DNA of 63,716 nucleotides, filler included, from Octopus bimaculoides (taxonomy: Eukaryota), in assembly GCF_001194135.2 (NCBI RefSeq). It is 4 parts of 4 records of this genome, joined end to end, with 100 filler letters (N's around TTAATTAATTAA, not from the genome) between each part and the next. Parts side by side here need not be neighbours in the genome. Positions count along the whole stretch, not along the records: positions 31,962 to 61,993 come from NC_068998.1; 3 more parts are not named here. The stretch is one strand, 5' to 3'. The position numbers and the translations under genes were made by a program. Of the stretch, positions 39,801-53,173 are shown in pieces. The notes under the pieces were generated by a model, which saw only the letters and a program-made list of their open reading frames with translations, had not been told where the DNA came from and searched no databases. Within the stretch, counting starts at the first letter, position 1; each line of letters starts with the position of its first letter.

Positions 39801-40291
39801 TCCTTTCAGCTCCGGCTGATGTTGCTACAATGTTCACAACTCGTGCCCCACCCCAACTCCAATTAAGACGACTTTAATTGCCTGTTTCTTTAATTGAACG
39901 TGCAGTGGGCTGTCTTGAAGTAGCGGTTAAATGTGTCTTCTTCATTTCCTAAATTAAGTTAATTAATCAATGAATTGTCTGTTTAAAATATACTGCATTA
40001 CTATACAGCTTTTACGTAGTTCACTATTTATCTTTTTTTTTTTCTTGCTTTTTCTGTTGCTTCTTTTAGTCATTGGAATGTGACCATGCTGGTGCACCGA
40101 CTTAAGGGATTTAGTTATCCCAAGCCAACCCTATTTTGTATTTTCTTTTCTTCGTAGTTTTACAAAAGTGCTGAGTTATGGGGATGTAAGCAAACCAACA
40201 CTGGTTGTCAAGTGATGTGTGTGTGTGTGTGTGTGTGTGTGTGTTGGGGAGTGGGGGAAAAGAACTGACACCCTGTCAGTTACGATGACAA

Positions 40292-40664
40292 GGAAAGACA
40301 TGGGCTGAAATACTGAAGAATGACCTGAGGACTCTTGACCTTTCAGGTGAGATGACAAACGACCGAGATGCCCAGTACCTTGCTGTACTCAAGAAGACCT
40401 GTACTCTGCAGCAGAAATGTTAAGACTGGTCCCTCTGGTGTAAAGCGTTCGTGGCGGTGCCCCCGTAAAAGCAGCCGTGCATCACCATGTAAAAGAGTCT
40501 ACGTGGTGCTATGTAAAAGTACCCAGCACACTCTGTAAAGCAGTTGGTATTGGGAAGGGCATCCAGCCATAGAAACCTGCCAAATCAGATTGGGATCTGG
40601 TGCAGCTCCCTAGCATGCCAGCTCCGGTCAAACCATCCAACCCATGCCAGCATGGACAACACAC

Positions 40665-40733
<69 letters not shown>
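40292..40733 (+). mobile_element. RTE-type LINE 3' end (ORF C-terminus, UTR, (GAT)n tail)
   Basis: KTWAEILKNDLRTLDLSGEMTNDRDA...AVLKKT, followed by the GGAAGGGCATCCAG...CCAACCCATGCCAGCATGG UTR and (GAT)n at 40665-40733. Confidence 0.75.
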
Positions 40734-40735
<2 letters not shown>

Positions 40736-41032
40736 CAGATATTTAAAGCTGTTAGATTTGGTTTTGTGCTACTTCAAGCTTTGCAGGCCCCTAACGGGGG
40801 CCAAACTTCTTCACGCTTCTGCATTGCCGAATGGAGAGATCTAGGAAGTTCCCCCCCCCTCAGTTTCTGTCTACCAAATTCGCTGACAAGGCAATTGGTT
40901 GGTCCGGGGCTTTACTGTGATAAAAGACACCTGCTCAAGGTGCTGCACAGTAGGACTGAACCTGATGCCCTGTGCTTGCAAAATGAGATTGTTAACCACA
41001 TAGTCATTTGTCTTCTTTTATACATACATACA

Positions 41033-41423
41033 TTGTTGTTGTTGGCACTCCATCGCTTACGACGTCGAGGCTTCCAGTTGATCCGATCAACGGAACAACC
41101 TGCTCGTGAAATTAACGTGCAAGTGGCTGAGCACTCCACAGACACGTGTACCCTTAACGTGGTTCTCGGGGATATTCAGCATGACACAGTGTGACAAGGC
41201 TGACCCTTTGAATTATAGGCACAACAGAAACAGGAAGTAAGAGTGAGAGAAAGTTGCGGTGCACAAGAGTACAGCAGGTTTCGCCACCATCCCCTGCCGG
41301 AGCCTCGTGGAGCTTTTAGGTGTTTTCGCTCAATAAAACACTCACAACGCCCGGTCTGGGAATCGAAACCGCGATCCTATGACCGCGAGTCCGCTGCCCT
41401 AACGACTGGGCCATTGCGCCTCC
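41033..41423 (-). mobile_element. Full-length family C tRNA-derived SINE
   Basis: A-box TGGCCCAGTCGTTAGG, B-box GGTTTCGATTCC and an (AAC)n tail. Confidence 0.9.
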
Positions 41424-41464
41424 ACACATACATACATACATATATACACACACATACACACACA

Positions 41465-41511
<47 letters not shown>

Positions 41512-41813
41512 GAACTGAGAGTGTCGTTTATTATTGTGCCACCCACAGGTGCTCTGAAGGCTGAGGTTGTCTGCATCATGACTGAAGTGTCTGCTCTCTG
41601 CTACCCCCACCCCACCACCCTTCACCGCCGGCCCGCCCCTCATTCTGCTGTCATTTTCTTTAAAGATTAAAATAAATACTGCAAGACTTTATTATTCCGT
41701 ATGTTATTGATTTATATTAAAGCCACTTCTTTCACTACATTACATGGCTTACTGCAATAAAGATTGCTTTATGTTTGTGTGTGTGTGTATATATGTAAGT
41801 AAATGTGCGTGTG

Positions 41814-41858
<45 letters not shown>

Positions 41859-42005
41859 GTATATGTAAGTATATACGTGTGTGTATATGTTATTATATCT
41901 TAAATAAAACATAAAATTTATTTTCCTTTCATAAGCAAGTATTAGACTGCAAAAATAAGTTGTCTCTGAGGCATCTCAATCAGTCTTCATATTGCATTTC
42001 TTACA

Positions 42006-42053
<48 letters not shown>

Positions 42054-42079
42054 CACACGCACACACATTGTTTGCTTGT

Positions 42080-42440
42080 TTCTGTCATTAGACTGCAGCC
42101 TTGCTGGGACATATCTTTGATAAGATTTCTTAGTCAAACAGATCAACCCTTCCAGTGACTTACTTAATTCTGCTACATATTCTGTCAGTCATTTTTGCTG
42201 AACTACTAAGTTACTGCGACGTAAACAAACCGAGACCTGTTGTCAAGTGGGGATGCTAGGAGACAAACTATCACACACACACATGCGCACGCACGCGGGA
42301 TGGACTTCCACAGTCTCTATCAAATTCACTTAAGGCATTGGTCAGTCCAGGGCTTTAGTACAAGACACTTGCCCAAGATGCTGAGCAGTGGGACTGAACC
42401 CAAGACCACGTGCTTGCAAATTAAGCTTTTTAGCCATAAA
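42080..42440 (-). mobile_element. Family A SINE, diverged
   Basis: Collinear with 13589-13980. Confidence 0.75.
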
Positions 42441-43435
42441 TCAATATATGTATATAAATATATATATATATATCAAGGGTTGAACAGACAGAACACAACA
42501 AGGAGAAAAAGTTAGATGAAAGCAGAGCAAATGAGAAACTAAATGAAAACTTAACGGACGGGGAATATAAACAAAGACATGATACATGGAATGTTCGCAG
42601 CCGAGTCTTCCGCCTCAGTCAATGGACCAAAATATCATTGGTCTTGCGCCAGTTATCATTGAGACCACTCAATTTTGGAGGCGCCAGTGCTGTTATTAAG
42701 CTACTGGGGAAAAAGCTATTGAATGCATACTCAGACAGAAATAAACAAGACAATATATATAAATACAACAGACGAAGAATTATGCATATATAACAGCATG
42801 AAGCCCTATGGCTATATCCATCAGAAGAAAAAATAATTATACAAATGCCACAAATAAAATAGAAAGCTTTGCAGCTGTCGGACAAACTTAGTGGGGTTGC
42901 ACAGGGTGAAATGGAGTCAGTCCTAATGGACATAGCAGGAGCCAAGACCAGCATGGCTTGTCTTGTCAAAAAATATATATATATAAAATACATGACTGCA
43001 TGGTTAAGAAATCTGCTTCACAATCATGTGCTTTTGGTTTCAGTTCCATAGCACGGCACCTTGGGCAAGTATCTTCTACTATAACACGGAAACTAAAAGG
43101 AAGGTTGTTTTGTGTGTGAGTGTGTGTATATATATATATATATGTGTATGTATGTGTGTGTATATATATATCTGTGTATATGCACACGTGTGTGTGTATA
43201 TGAGCCAGATGAAATTTTTTGAGGCAGGTTTTCTACTGTTGGACGCCCTTCGTGTCACCAGCCCTCACCTTTTTTGAAGTAATTCAATATTTTCTATGAC
43301 GTGCTTCTTATGGCAGACTGGAAATGAAGGTCACCACTTTTATGCTATTTATACTTGCTTACAACTGTCACATGCTGACAAGGCAAAGACACAGTAACTA
43401 ACACACAAGCAAACTTTTATATACATGTGTGTGTG

Positions 43436-43464
<29 letters not shown>

Positions 43465-43475
<11 letters not shown>

Positions 43476-43662
43476 CTCCTCTTTATGTAATTAAGTGATT
43501 GTGGTCTACGTATCTCTTAAAGCATATGCATACACTTGTACTTTGAGTAGGCCTATGTGTTATAAGTGGTTTTGCTCAAGGACCCAATGCATCGCCAGGA
43601 ATTGAACTTCTGACCTTATGATCATGAACCAAATTTTCTAACCACTAAGCCACGCGCCTTCA
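43465..43662 (-). mobile_element. SINE with family D-type head and a different body
   Basis: Reverse complement reads GAAGGCGCGTGGCTTAGTGGTTAG...AGTTCAATTCCTGG...TCCTTGAGCAA. Confidence 0.65.
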
Positions 43663-43981
43663 CAATATNNNNNNNNNNNNNNNNNNNNNNNNNNNNNNNN
43701 NNNNNNNNNNNNNNNNNNNNNNNNNNNNNNNNNNNNNNNNNNNNNNNNNNNNNNNNNNNNNNNNNNNNNNNNNNNNNNNNNNNNNNNNNNNNNNNNNNNN
43801 NNNNNNNNNNNNNNNNNNNNNNNNNNNNNNNNNNNNNNNNNNNNNNNNNNNNNNNNNNNNNNNNNNNNNNNNNNNNNNNNNNNNNNNNNNNNNNNNNNNN
43901 NNNNNNNNNNNNNNNNNNNNNNNNNNNNNNNNNNNNNNNNNNNNNNNNNNNNNNNNNNNNNNNNNNNNNNNNNNNNNNNNN

Positions 43982-44024
<43 letters not shown>

Positions 44025-44039
44025 ATATATATGCACACT

Positions 44040-44412
44040 TTTATTCTTTTACTTGTTTCAGTTGTTTGAATGTGGCTATACTGGAGCACTGCCTTTAGTT
44101 GAACAGATCAACCCCAGGACTTATTCTTTGTAAGCCTAGTTCTTATTGTATCAATGTCTTTTGTCAAACTGCTAAGTTACAGGGACGTAAACACACCAAC
44201 ATCGGTCTCAACAGACACACAGATACATACATACATATACATACATACACGCGACAGGATTCTTTCAGTTTCTCTCTACCAAATCTACTCACAAGGCTTT
44301 GGTTGGCCAAAGGCTATAGTAGAAGGCACCTGCCCAAGGTGCCACACAGTTGAATTGAACCTAGAACCATGTGGTTGGGTAGCAAGCTTCTCACCACACA
44401 GCCACTCCTGTG
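44040..44412 (-). mobile_element. Full-length family A SINE with heavy CpG decay
   Basis: Collinear with 13589-13980; most CG dinucleotides read TG or CA. Confidence 0.85.
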
Positions 44413-45003
44413 CATATATATTGAAAAGTAGTTAGGAAGCAGTCTCCTTACCACACAGCTGTGCTCATGGCATTCTGAGTTCAAATCTGAACTGAACTTT
44501 GCTTTTCATTCTTCTGGGGTCAGTTAAACGAAATATCAGTGAAGTACTGCAGTTAATGTAATTGGCAGGTTCCTCTTAAGAACATATTCTTTTGTTGTGC
44601 TTTTATAACAAGTTAGAGTTTTTAAGATCGTTGTGCGAGCCAAGGTAGATTTAGCCCCCACACATTTTTTTTTTTTTTTTGTAATTTGTAGCTGCTCAAG
44701 TAGAGTATTGATAATGGCCCCTCCTTTAGTGGCTTTGTATGATATCATGTTTGTACCCAAGGGTTAGCTTTGCCTCACATCTACTTCACATCTACTCATC
44801 TACTTCAGAACGCTAAAACTGAAGTTAATAACCAGATCTTGAGGGACCCATGTCAGTATTTTGTTTTGCCATGTATGTACTTAGATATGTGCATGCACTT
44901 ACTTCAGAAATGGTCTTTATCTGATTAAGCCTATTACAAATCCGTCAGGATTTGAAATATATAACAACAAACAATAATAATAATAATAAAAATAATGATA
45001 ATA

Positions 45004-45225
45004 ATTTCTTTTATTTGCCACCAGGGCGAAGGATGTGTGGGCAATACAAAGATAGACATAAAGTGTAGGGGTTTACATTATAATGGAATGATAAAATAAA
45101 AAGTATACATGGTATACATTTGAAGAAGGGAAGTACCATATACTAGAAAAAGAGGAGGGGGGAGGGGTCATGATGGGATCCCCCTGATTCAGGAGGATCT
45201 CAAGGGATAATCAAGGAAACTCACC
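45004..45225 (-). mobile_element. Possible LINE 3' UTR end
   Basis: Minus strand ends ...GGTGGCAAATAAAAGAAATTATTAT into (ATT)n; no coding evidence. Confidence 0.35.
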
Positions 45226-45234
45226 ATCCAATAG

Positions 45235-45408
45235 AATTAATAATTTCAGCATAATTGGCATAATTTTGGCATAAAGCCAGCAATTTCGTGGGAGGAGGTG
45301 AGTTGCTTACATCGACCCCCCAGTACTCATTTTGTTGGCCCCTTGAAGGGATGAAATGCTGCTAAGCATTTGTGTGGCATGCTAATGATTCTACCAACTT
45401 ACCTCCTT
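45235..45408 (-). mobile_element. Family B SINE, diverged, abutting (AAT)n
   Basis: Head and central-domain homology. Confidence 0.7.
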
Positions 45409-45409
45409 G

Positions 45410-45445
<36 letters not shown>

Positions 45446-46719
45446 TTAATGATTAAATAATTATAGAAATGAAAATAGAAGCCAGAAAATAAAAATCTAA
45501 TTGCTAAAAAAAAAAAGGTGAACCATTTCAGTAAGTGTAGGATTGGGGGAAGAGGTGTTCAATCCCTGTTCCAAGTCACTACCTCCACTCCTTTCTGAAA
45601 TTGCAGGTGCCACCTCCTTTTTCTTTTCTGTTTCCGTTCTTGTTTTTTCTTTTAAAATCTCTCACTACCTACTACATAGTTAGAGGTGTCTCCTTATCAA
45701 GCGGGGTTAGTTAAGCATGCACTTGATTGCATTCCCCCAGGTAAATCATACTGGAAACTTAGCTCTGTGTATGTCAGCATATAGATGAGTATCTGAGTGT
45801 GTGTGTGTGTGTATATTCATACATATATATATATACACACACATACATACAAGCATATGCAGCTCTCTCTCTTACCCTTGAGTTGCTTTTTTTTTTAACT
45901 TACCGCTAATTGTGGAAAAACAAAAAACGTGTATATACACACACACATACACACAATGTACACACATATATCAACACCAGTTTGACTTTATCTTCCATAA
46001 CGGCTTGGGATGGGCATACGAGCAACCAAGCATACACACAAATGTATGTGATGTATGTATGTATGTGTATATATACATACGTACTCACCTACACGTGCAT
46101 ATGTATATATACATATGTTTGTGTGTATATGTATATATATATATGTATATATATGTATATATACTGTTTGTTTCTTCTGCCTTTGTTTTCTCTATTAATA
46201 TTTGTTCTTTTGATCTAAGAACAGGTCAATCTGTTGGAATATATTCAGCTTTTTGCGGGGTTTTTTTTTTATCTTTATAGTTTTTTTTCTTTCACTAGAT
46301 TATAAATTTTTTTCAAATAAGTTCTGTTTTGTTCCAGTTTCTAAATAGTTCTCGCTCATTGTTAAAATGGTTTTTCAATGGCTTAAATTAATAATGAATT
46401 CTTACAGATACACACACATATATACATATATACACATATACACACACACCCACATATATATATACATATACACACACACACACGCATATATATATATATA
46501 TATACACACACATACATAGAAAACAAGGTTATTTTATTTCACATGGTTAGAAACACAGGATAGATAGAAGTTGAAAATGCACTGAGAATAGTTAAAATAT
46601 TTTTTCATTAACTGGTTTCACAGTTTACACTGATTTTCAAAAAGTTGAAATAGAAAGACATGGCTTACGTTGCAAATGTCTTGCTTCTCACTTGCATTTG
46701 AAGCTTGTCCTATTTTTAT

Positions 46720-46782
46720 AGGGAGTTCATGGCTCAGATTAGGGAGTTCATGGCTCAAATTAAGGAGTTCATAGCTCAAATT
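46720..46782 (+). repeat. 21-bp tandem repeat x3
   Basis: AGGGAGTTCATGGCTCAGATT / AGGGAGTTCATGGCTCAAATT / AAGGAGTTCATAGCTCAAATT. Confidence 0.9.
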
Positions 46783-46840
46783 GGTATGTGTTTTGAATAG
46801 GACTTGATTGGTAGAGGATAGTCACATGACTGGTCTTAGG

Positions 46841-47036
46841 AATTTCAGGCCTATTGTAGCAGGCCTGAATTGTGAAGGACACTGATTCTGCAACTTTTTA
46901 GCTGTATTACTGAAACCTATTTTAAAACACATACCAAATCTTGTAAGGGATGACCTGTATCTGTTAAACCACCTCCCAAAATTCATAAACAAAGATTCCA
47001 CTATTGTATCTTTTGGTGTGGTAAACCTCTATACCA
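46841..47036 (+). pseudogene. Penelope-like reverse transcriptase fragment
   Basis: NFRPIVAGLNCEGH*FCNFLAVLLKPILKHIPNLVRDDLYLLNHLPKFINKDSTIVSFGVVNLYT matches the PLE RT RPIV...VSFDVVNLYT pattern. Confidence 0.8.
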
Positions 47037-47862
47037 TATATATATATTTATTATGGAGATGTACTGGTATAGCAAGTGACCTGATCTGAGGTCATGTGCT
47101 GAAACAAAAACAATTGCAGCGTGGAAGGTGTTTATAAGCTATTTAAAAATACACAAAAACTATTAGATTCACTTCAACATTTAAATTTAATTGTCAAAAT
47201 ATTTTCGGTGATTTGAGAGCGCAACCTGTACATACATACACACAGGATTACTTTGTGTATGTGTGTGTATATATATATATATATCTACACATGCATATAC
47301 ACGCAAAACACACCGCGATGCCCTTGGCAAAAAAGCATTTGAAACATAAAAGAAGAAAATATTAGAACCTCTTAGCCTAATAGTATGTGATGTGATAACC
47401 TTTATCCGTTTTTTTTTTTTTTTTTGTAATCTTCCAAACACCTGCTTGAGTTAATGAGAGAGCCTCTAAGCAATTGTTTACCTTACTAGAAATAGCAATC
47501 AAGATTCCCTGAAATTACACCTTACTGTCTTGATGCATTTCGTAAGACGTCTCATTTGAATAAAAAAGACAGGCTTGATTCATTCAAAGTTGTCCTGGGG
47601 TTACACGGCGACCAATTATTGGAATAAGAAAGTTGTAACAGATAATTAGATACCACTGATTCANNNNNNNNNNNNNNNNNNNNNNNNNNNNNNNNNNNNN
47701 NNNNNNNNNNNNNNNNNNNNNNNNNNNNNNNNNNNNNNNNNNNNNNNNNNNNNNNNNNNNNNNNNNNNNNNNNNNNNNNNNNNNNNNNNNNNNNNNNNNN
47801 NNNNNNNNNNNNNNNNNNNNNNNNNNNNNNNNNNNNNNNNNNNNNNNNNNNNNNNNNNNNNN

Positions 47863-47911
<49 letters not shown>

Positions 47912-48481
47912 TCTCGCTTCCTCTCTTTTGCTAAACACATAGGAGTGAGCTTCTGTGTGGTTGTTTGACTCCCTAGAAAATCACAAATTCCCTCACAAAT
48001 CTCAACCATTGTAACCCTTTTGTTACCATTTTTTTTTGTTTGTTTGAGATGCACTTCCTTTGTTTTCCATCAATTTTAGGAAATAATGAAGTATTTTTCC
48101 TAAAATATTATTAATTATTCATTTACTAAAATATTATTTAATCTGTTGTGTGGATCATAAATTAACATGGAATTTCGATGGAAGGTTTTTAATTCAAATC
48201 GCTTTAAAACAGGAAATTTGTATCACAGCAGGATTGGTATCAAAAATGGTTATAAAGAAGGAAAAAAATAGATTGGTTGGGAAGCAAGCTTCTTACTACT
48301 CAGCCATGCCCACCGCACCTACCTTACCACACAGTCACACCTGGATGATGATGATTACGATGATGATGATGATGATGATGATGAACAGGATGACAGGCTT
48401 CTTTCAGTTTCTATTTATCAAGTCTAGTCATAAAGTTTTGGTCAGCTTGGGACTATAATACGACACTTGGAAGGCACTTAA

Positions 48482-48950
48482 CCCTTTCGATACCGCATTT
48501 CTGTTGAAGGCGTGTGGCTTAGTGGTCAGGGCGTTTGACTCACGATCGTAAAGGTGTCAGTTCGATTCCCGGCGACGCGTTGTCCTTGAGCAAGACACTT
48601 TATTTCACGTTGCTCCAGTCCACTCAGCTGGCAAAAATGAGTAGTACCTGTATTTCAAAGGGCCGCCCTTGTCACACTTTGTGTCACGCTGAATCCCCCT
48701 GAGAATTGCATTAAGGGTACACATGTCTGTGGAGTGCTCAGCCACTTGCATGTTAATTTCATGAGCAAGCTGTTCTATTGCTCATATCAGCTGGGACTCT
48801 TGTTGTTGTAACCGACAGAGTGCTCCTTCTGTCTGTTGAGATGCTCTGTGTTTCTTTCAATTAATTTTGATAGGAACATAAATTGTGACTAAGGTTTGAT
48901 GGATGATTTTCATTCAGAACTTATGAAAACAAGACTTTGTACTATACAGT
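48482..48950. mobile_element. Second copy of the piggyBac-like MITE, interrupted by a SINE, right end lost
   Basis: Homology to 33409-33590 on both sides of the SINE. Confidence 0.7.
48508..48831 (+). mobile_element. Family D SINE nested in a piggyBac-like MITE, 8-bp TSD
   Basis: TSD TCTGTTGA at 48500-48507 and 48832-48839; A-box TGGCTTAGTGG and B-box AGTTCGATTCC. Confidence 0.85.
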
Positions 48951-49164
48951 CAAGACTAGAAATCCCCTTAACACAAACAGTTCCTTATTTGAATTGGATT
49001 CTATATTAAAAACATGCAAAATATACAAGTAAAAGATTAAGAAATAACCAAAGGAAAATGAATGAATATAAAGCAACAGTAACATCCACCCCTAGGGGTC
49101 AGCCACACTTAAGTGGCAATATACTTCACTTTATCGTGCAGTTACTGTTAATACTTCATTTAGA

Positions 49165-49260
<96 letters not shown>

Positions 49261-49859
49261 TTGAGATATTTGCACACATATATATATCTATATACATATG
49301 AGATACACACATGTATATGTGTGTGTGTGTAAAAGGAAATTAGCAATGATGAGAAATATGTATAGATAATATTCTTTGGCTGCTTAAAATTTCTGTAATT
49401 GTAATTAAACCAGCAAGGGAGCTTCTTCAGAATCATTTGACCTACTGACAAAATACCTACCAAAATCTGTCTGTCTGTCTGTCCTTCTCTCTCTCTCAGC
49501 TACTTTCACACAGTTCATACTTAGACAGAAGCTTACAAGCATACACAAAATTTCCTCTCACCTTGCCTCTGTTATCTTTAAAGTAGATTTCCATATGTTT
49601 TAAATAGTTTAAAAAACAGAAAAAGGTCACAGCAGCCATTGAAATGAATGAGGCTCTACATAGCTGCTAGACCTCTCAGAAACAGCAGCCAGAATTCCAA
49701 ATCCCTTGACCTACTCCAAACACACACTCTCTGTCTCTCCTCTCTTAGGCACACACATGGGTATATATGTGTGTATGTGTGTGTGTGTAGGTATGTAAGT
49801 ATATATGCATATACTCATATGTTATTTGTATTATATATGTATGTATACATACACACCCC

Positions 49860-50137
49860 TGTGTGGTTAAGTAGCTGGCTTACCAACCACATGGTTCCGG
49901 GTTCAGTCCCACTTCATGACACCTTGGGCAAGTGTCTTCTACTATAGCCTCGGACCGACCAAAGCCTTGTGTGTGGATTTGGTAGACGGAAACTGATGAG
50001 CTTCTTTCAGTTTCCGTCTACCAAATCCACTCACAAGGCTTTGGTCGGCCTGAGGCTATAGTAGAAGACACTTGCCCAAGGTGCCACACAGTGGGAATGA
50101 ACCTAGAACCATGTGGTTGAGAAGCTTCTTGCCACAC
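49860..50137. repeat. Palindrome of two family A SINE 5' halves joined tail-to-tail
   Basis: Arms 49860-49996 (+) and 50007-50137 (-), with a 10-nt loop TGAGCTTCTT. Confidence 0.9.
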
Positions 50138-51060
50138 CTGTGCCTACATTAACATTTAAAGTATGTTTGATGTCATATTGTTTTAATTAATAAGCAACAA
50201 CAATGTTTTTTTATTAATAAACAACAGCTGCTGCTGATTGTGGTAATTTTTTATTTTTAATTGTCACAATTTACTTAAATGTAGTGTGTAAGCTGGTCCT
50301 CCAGCAACACATGGGGTGCTAATCTGGGTTTTATAATATTTGATAACGAATATTAAATACATGTGTGTATACATACATATATACATACATACACGCACAC
50401 CATTTAACATCTACTTTTCCATGCTTATACACACACACACACACGTATATATATATATATATATATATGGCAAAATACAGGAGTTTATATAAAATATTTC
50501 ACATGACGATTTTGATGGCGTTGCATTCCATGATTCCATGCTGATAAAAGAAAAACAACAAAACCAAAGAAAAATAATGGACAACAAAAGAGAAAAGCAC
50601 CTGATTTTCTTCCAATGAAATCACATGAAATAATAATAATAATGATAATAATATAAGGCTATTACAATTTTTCATGTGATGTTGTTTTTCTGTCAACAGA
50701 AAAACCACACGAAAGTGTAACCATCTGCTTCATAAATCGTTGAGTTAAATTCTAATGTGTTGTTTCACTGTTTGTTAAAGAAGTGTTCAGCAAATTTAGT
50801 CTATAAATACCAATTTTATTCTTGTGTGATGTCTGCTATTGCGCTAAAATAGTTGTTTTTTTAATTAAAAAAAAAATTGGGTGGTGGGGTTTAAATTTTT
50901 GAAGTACTAAGTCTGTAGCCTACCTGCGAAAGCTTGTATTGAAAGTATTGTTTGTATTTAAATTAAAAATTCTGAAGCGTGGCTGTGGGGTAAGAATTTT
51001 GTCTCCCAACCACATGGTTTTAGGTTCAGTCCCAATCTGTGGCTCCTTCAGCTAGTGGAT

Positions 51061-51091
<31 letters not shown>

Positions 51092-51093
51092 CT

Positions 51094-51605
51094 TCATCAT
51101 TTAATGTCTGCTCTCCATGCTGGTTTGATCAAGGCTGGCAAGCTGAGGGGGCTACACCAGCAAACTCCAGTCTGATTTGGCATGGTTTCTATGGCTGGAT
51201 GCCCTTCCTAACATCAACCACTTTGTAATGGGTGCTTCTATGTGCCACTGGCACAGGCTTCAGTTGTGTGACACCAGTGTCTGCCACAACTGACCTTGCC
51301 TGGTTTGATGGGTCTTCTCAAGCATAGTATAATGCCAAAGGCCTCAGTCTCTTCTCATTGCTTCTGTGAGGCCCATCTCTCGAAAGGTGCTTTCTACATG
51401 TCACCAGCTTTGGCCACATTGCCTCTATGAGGGCCAATGCTTGAAGGATGCTTTTTATGCGCCACCAGCACGGGTGCCAGTTACGTGACACCAACATCAG
51501 CCATGACTATGATTTCATTTGGCTTGATGGGTCTTCTCAAGCATGGCATATGGCCAGCCATCTCGGTCACTAGTCATTGCCTCCGTGAGGCCCAAAGTTC
51601 GAACA
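51094..51605 (-). mobile_element. RTE-type LINE 3' UTR
   Basis: Tail plus UTR with duplicated sub-blocks. Confidence 0.7.
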
Positions 51606-52544
51606 TATATTTATGTTTTTGTCTGCTTGACAACCATTGAAGGTTTGAATATAACCTTGTAACTTAGTGGTTCGGCAAAAGAAACCAATAGAGTAAGGAC
51701 AAGGCTTCAAAAAAGTAAATAAAGTACTGAGATTGATTTGTTTGACTAAACCCTTCAAGGCTGTGCCCCAGGATGGCCGCTGTCCAATGACTGACACAAG
51801 ACATGAAATATAATAAATCAGAGACTCCATCTGGTTAAAAGCAATGTAATATACCATTGTCGTCATCACCACCATCATCATCCAAATTTTAGGCCCCCAA
51901 AATTAGGGGGTTCCTTATACACGAGAGTTCGTTATACACGTTGAAATATGGTACATCAAGGTTACATGTGTCTGGAGTACTCAACCACTTGCCTGTTAAT
52001 TTCTCAAGCAGGCTGTTTTGTTGATCGAATCCAGTTAATATGCATTTAATATGCAGTAATTAAATTATGTATCATGCACTTCGTTTCATACCTTGCATAT
52101 TGATCCACCTTGTCTGTGGTAAAATTGTCTTGCATGAGACCAGTCTGTACTACAAAAAATGATTAGCAGGGTGGGGACCGCCAGAGTAAGCCATAATAAA
52201 GATTGAAATCGAGGAGGTTAGTCAGATTGTCTGGATGTTGTGTTGTATCATAAACAAAAGCCAAAGTAGATCAAAGCAAGCGACGATATAATGTATACCA
52301 ACCCTGTACAATTCATGCCAGTCTTTTGGTAAAACAGATGTCGAAATGTTGATGGTGGTGGTGGTGGTGGTGGTTGTAATTATTTCTGTATATTTCTGAA
52401 TTTCCACAGGGACAATTCTTAAACCAAAACTATTTCAGAGTGAGATTTTTTTCACTTTCTTTCTCTAAATTCAGTGACAGTTGGATGGTGGAGGTGGTGG
52501 AGTGGGGGTAGATGGAGAAGAATTATATGCAGACAGTCTGGGAG

Positions 52545-52838
52545 TTTGTGTGTGTGTGTGTGTGTGTATGTATATGTGTATATGTATATATGTGTATGTA
52601 TGTATGTTTATGTGTATATTTCTGTCTACATATATATGTGTGTGTATATGCATATATAGATGTGTATATGCATTTGTATGTATGTGTATATGCATTAGTA
52701 TGTATATATGTGTATATGCATTAGTATGTATATATGTGTATATGCATTTGTATGTATATATATATATATGCATTTGTATATATGTGTATATGCATTTGGA
52801 TGTATATATATGTATATGCATATGTATACTTGTGTGTT

Positions 52839-52891
<53 letters not shown>

Positions 52892-52930
52892 AATATATGA
52901 GTATATGCATATATATGTACATGTATGTAT
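52545..52930. repeat. Degenerate (TG/TA)n tract with ~24-bp higher-order unit ATGTGTATATGCATT(A/T)GTATGTAT
   Basis: Direct. Confidence 0.8.
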
Positions 52931-53115
52931 ATACGTTCATCCACATGTACATATAGATACATAACTGGGTACATGACATGGCAAAAGAACAAGGACAAAA
53001 ATGGTAAACAAGGTGCAACAAACAAGCAGGCCACATAGAAACATCCCCTTCATACACATGTATACATATTTACATATGTATGCCTATATGTGTATGTGCA
53101 TATATATATTGATAG

Positions 53116-53173
<58 letters not shown>

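Noticed and set aside
41340-41423. tRNA-like sequence as a tRNA gene
   Set aside because: It is the A/B-box head of a SINE continuing into a SINE body; it does not form a full cloverleaf with an acceptor stem.
50680-50745. Acceptor-like site followed by KPHESVTIC, resembling a C2H2 linker
   Set aside because: It lacks CxxC and HxxxH, and a stop follows within a few codons.
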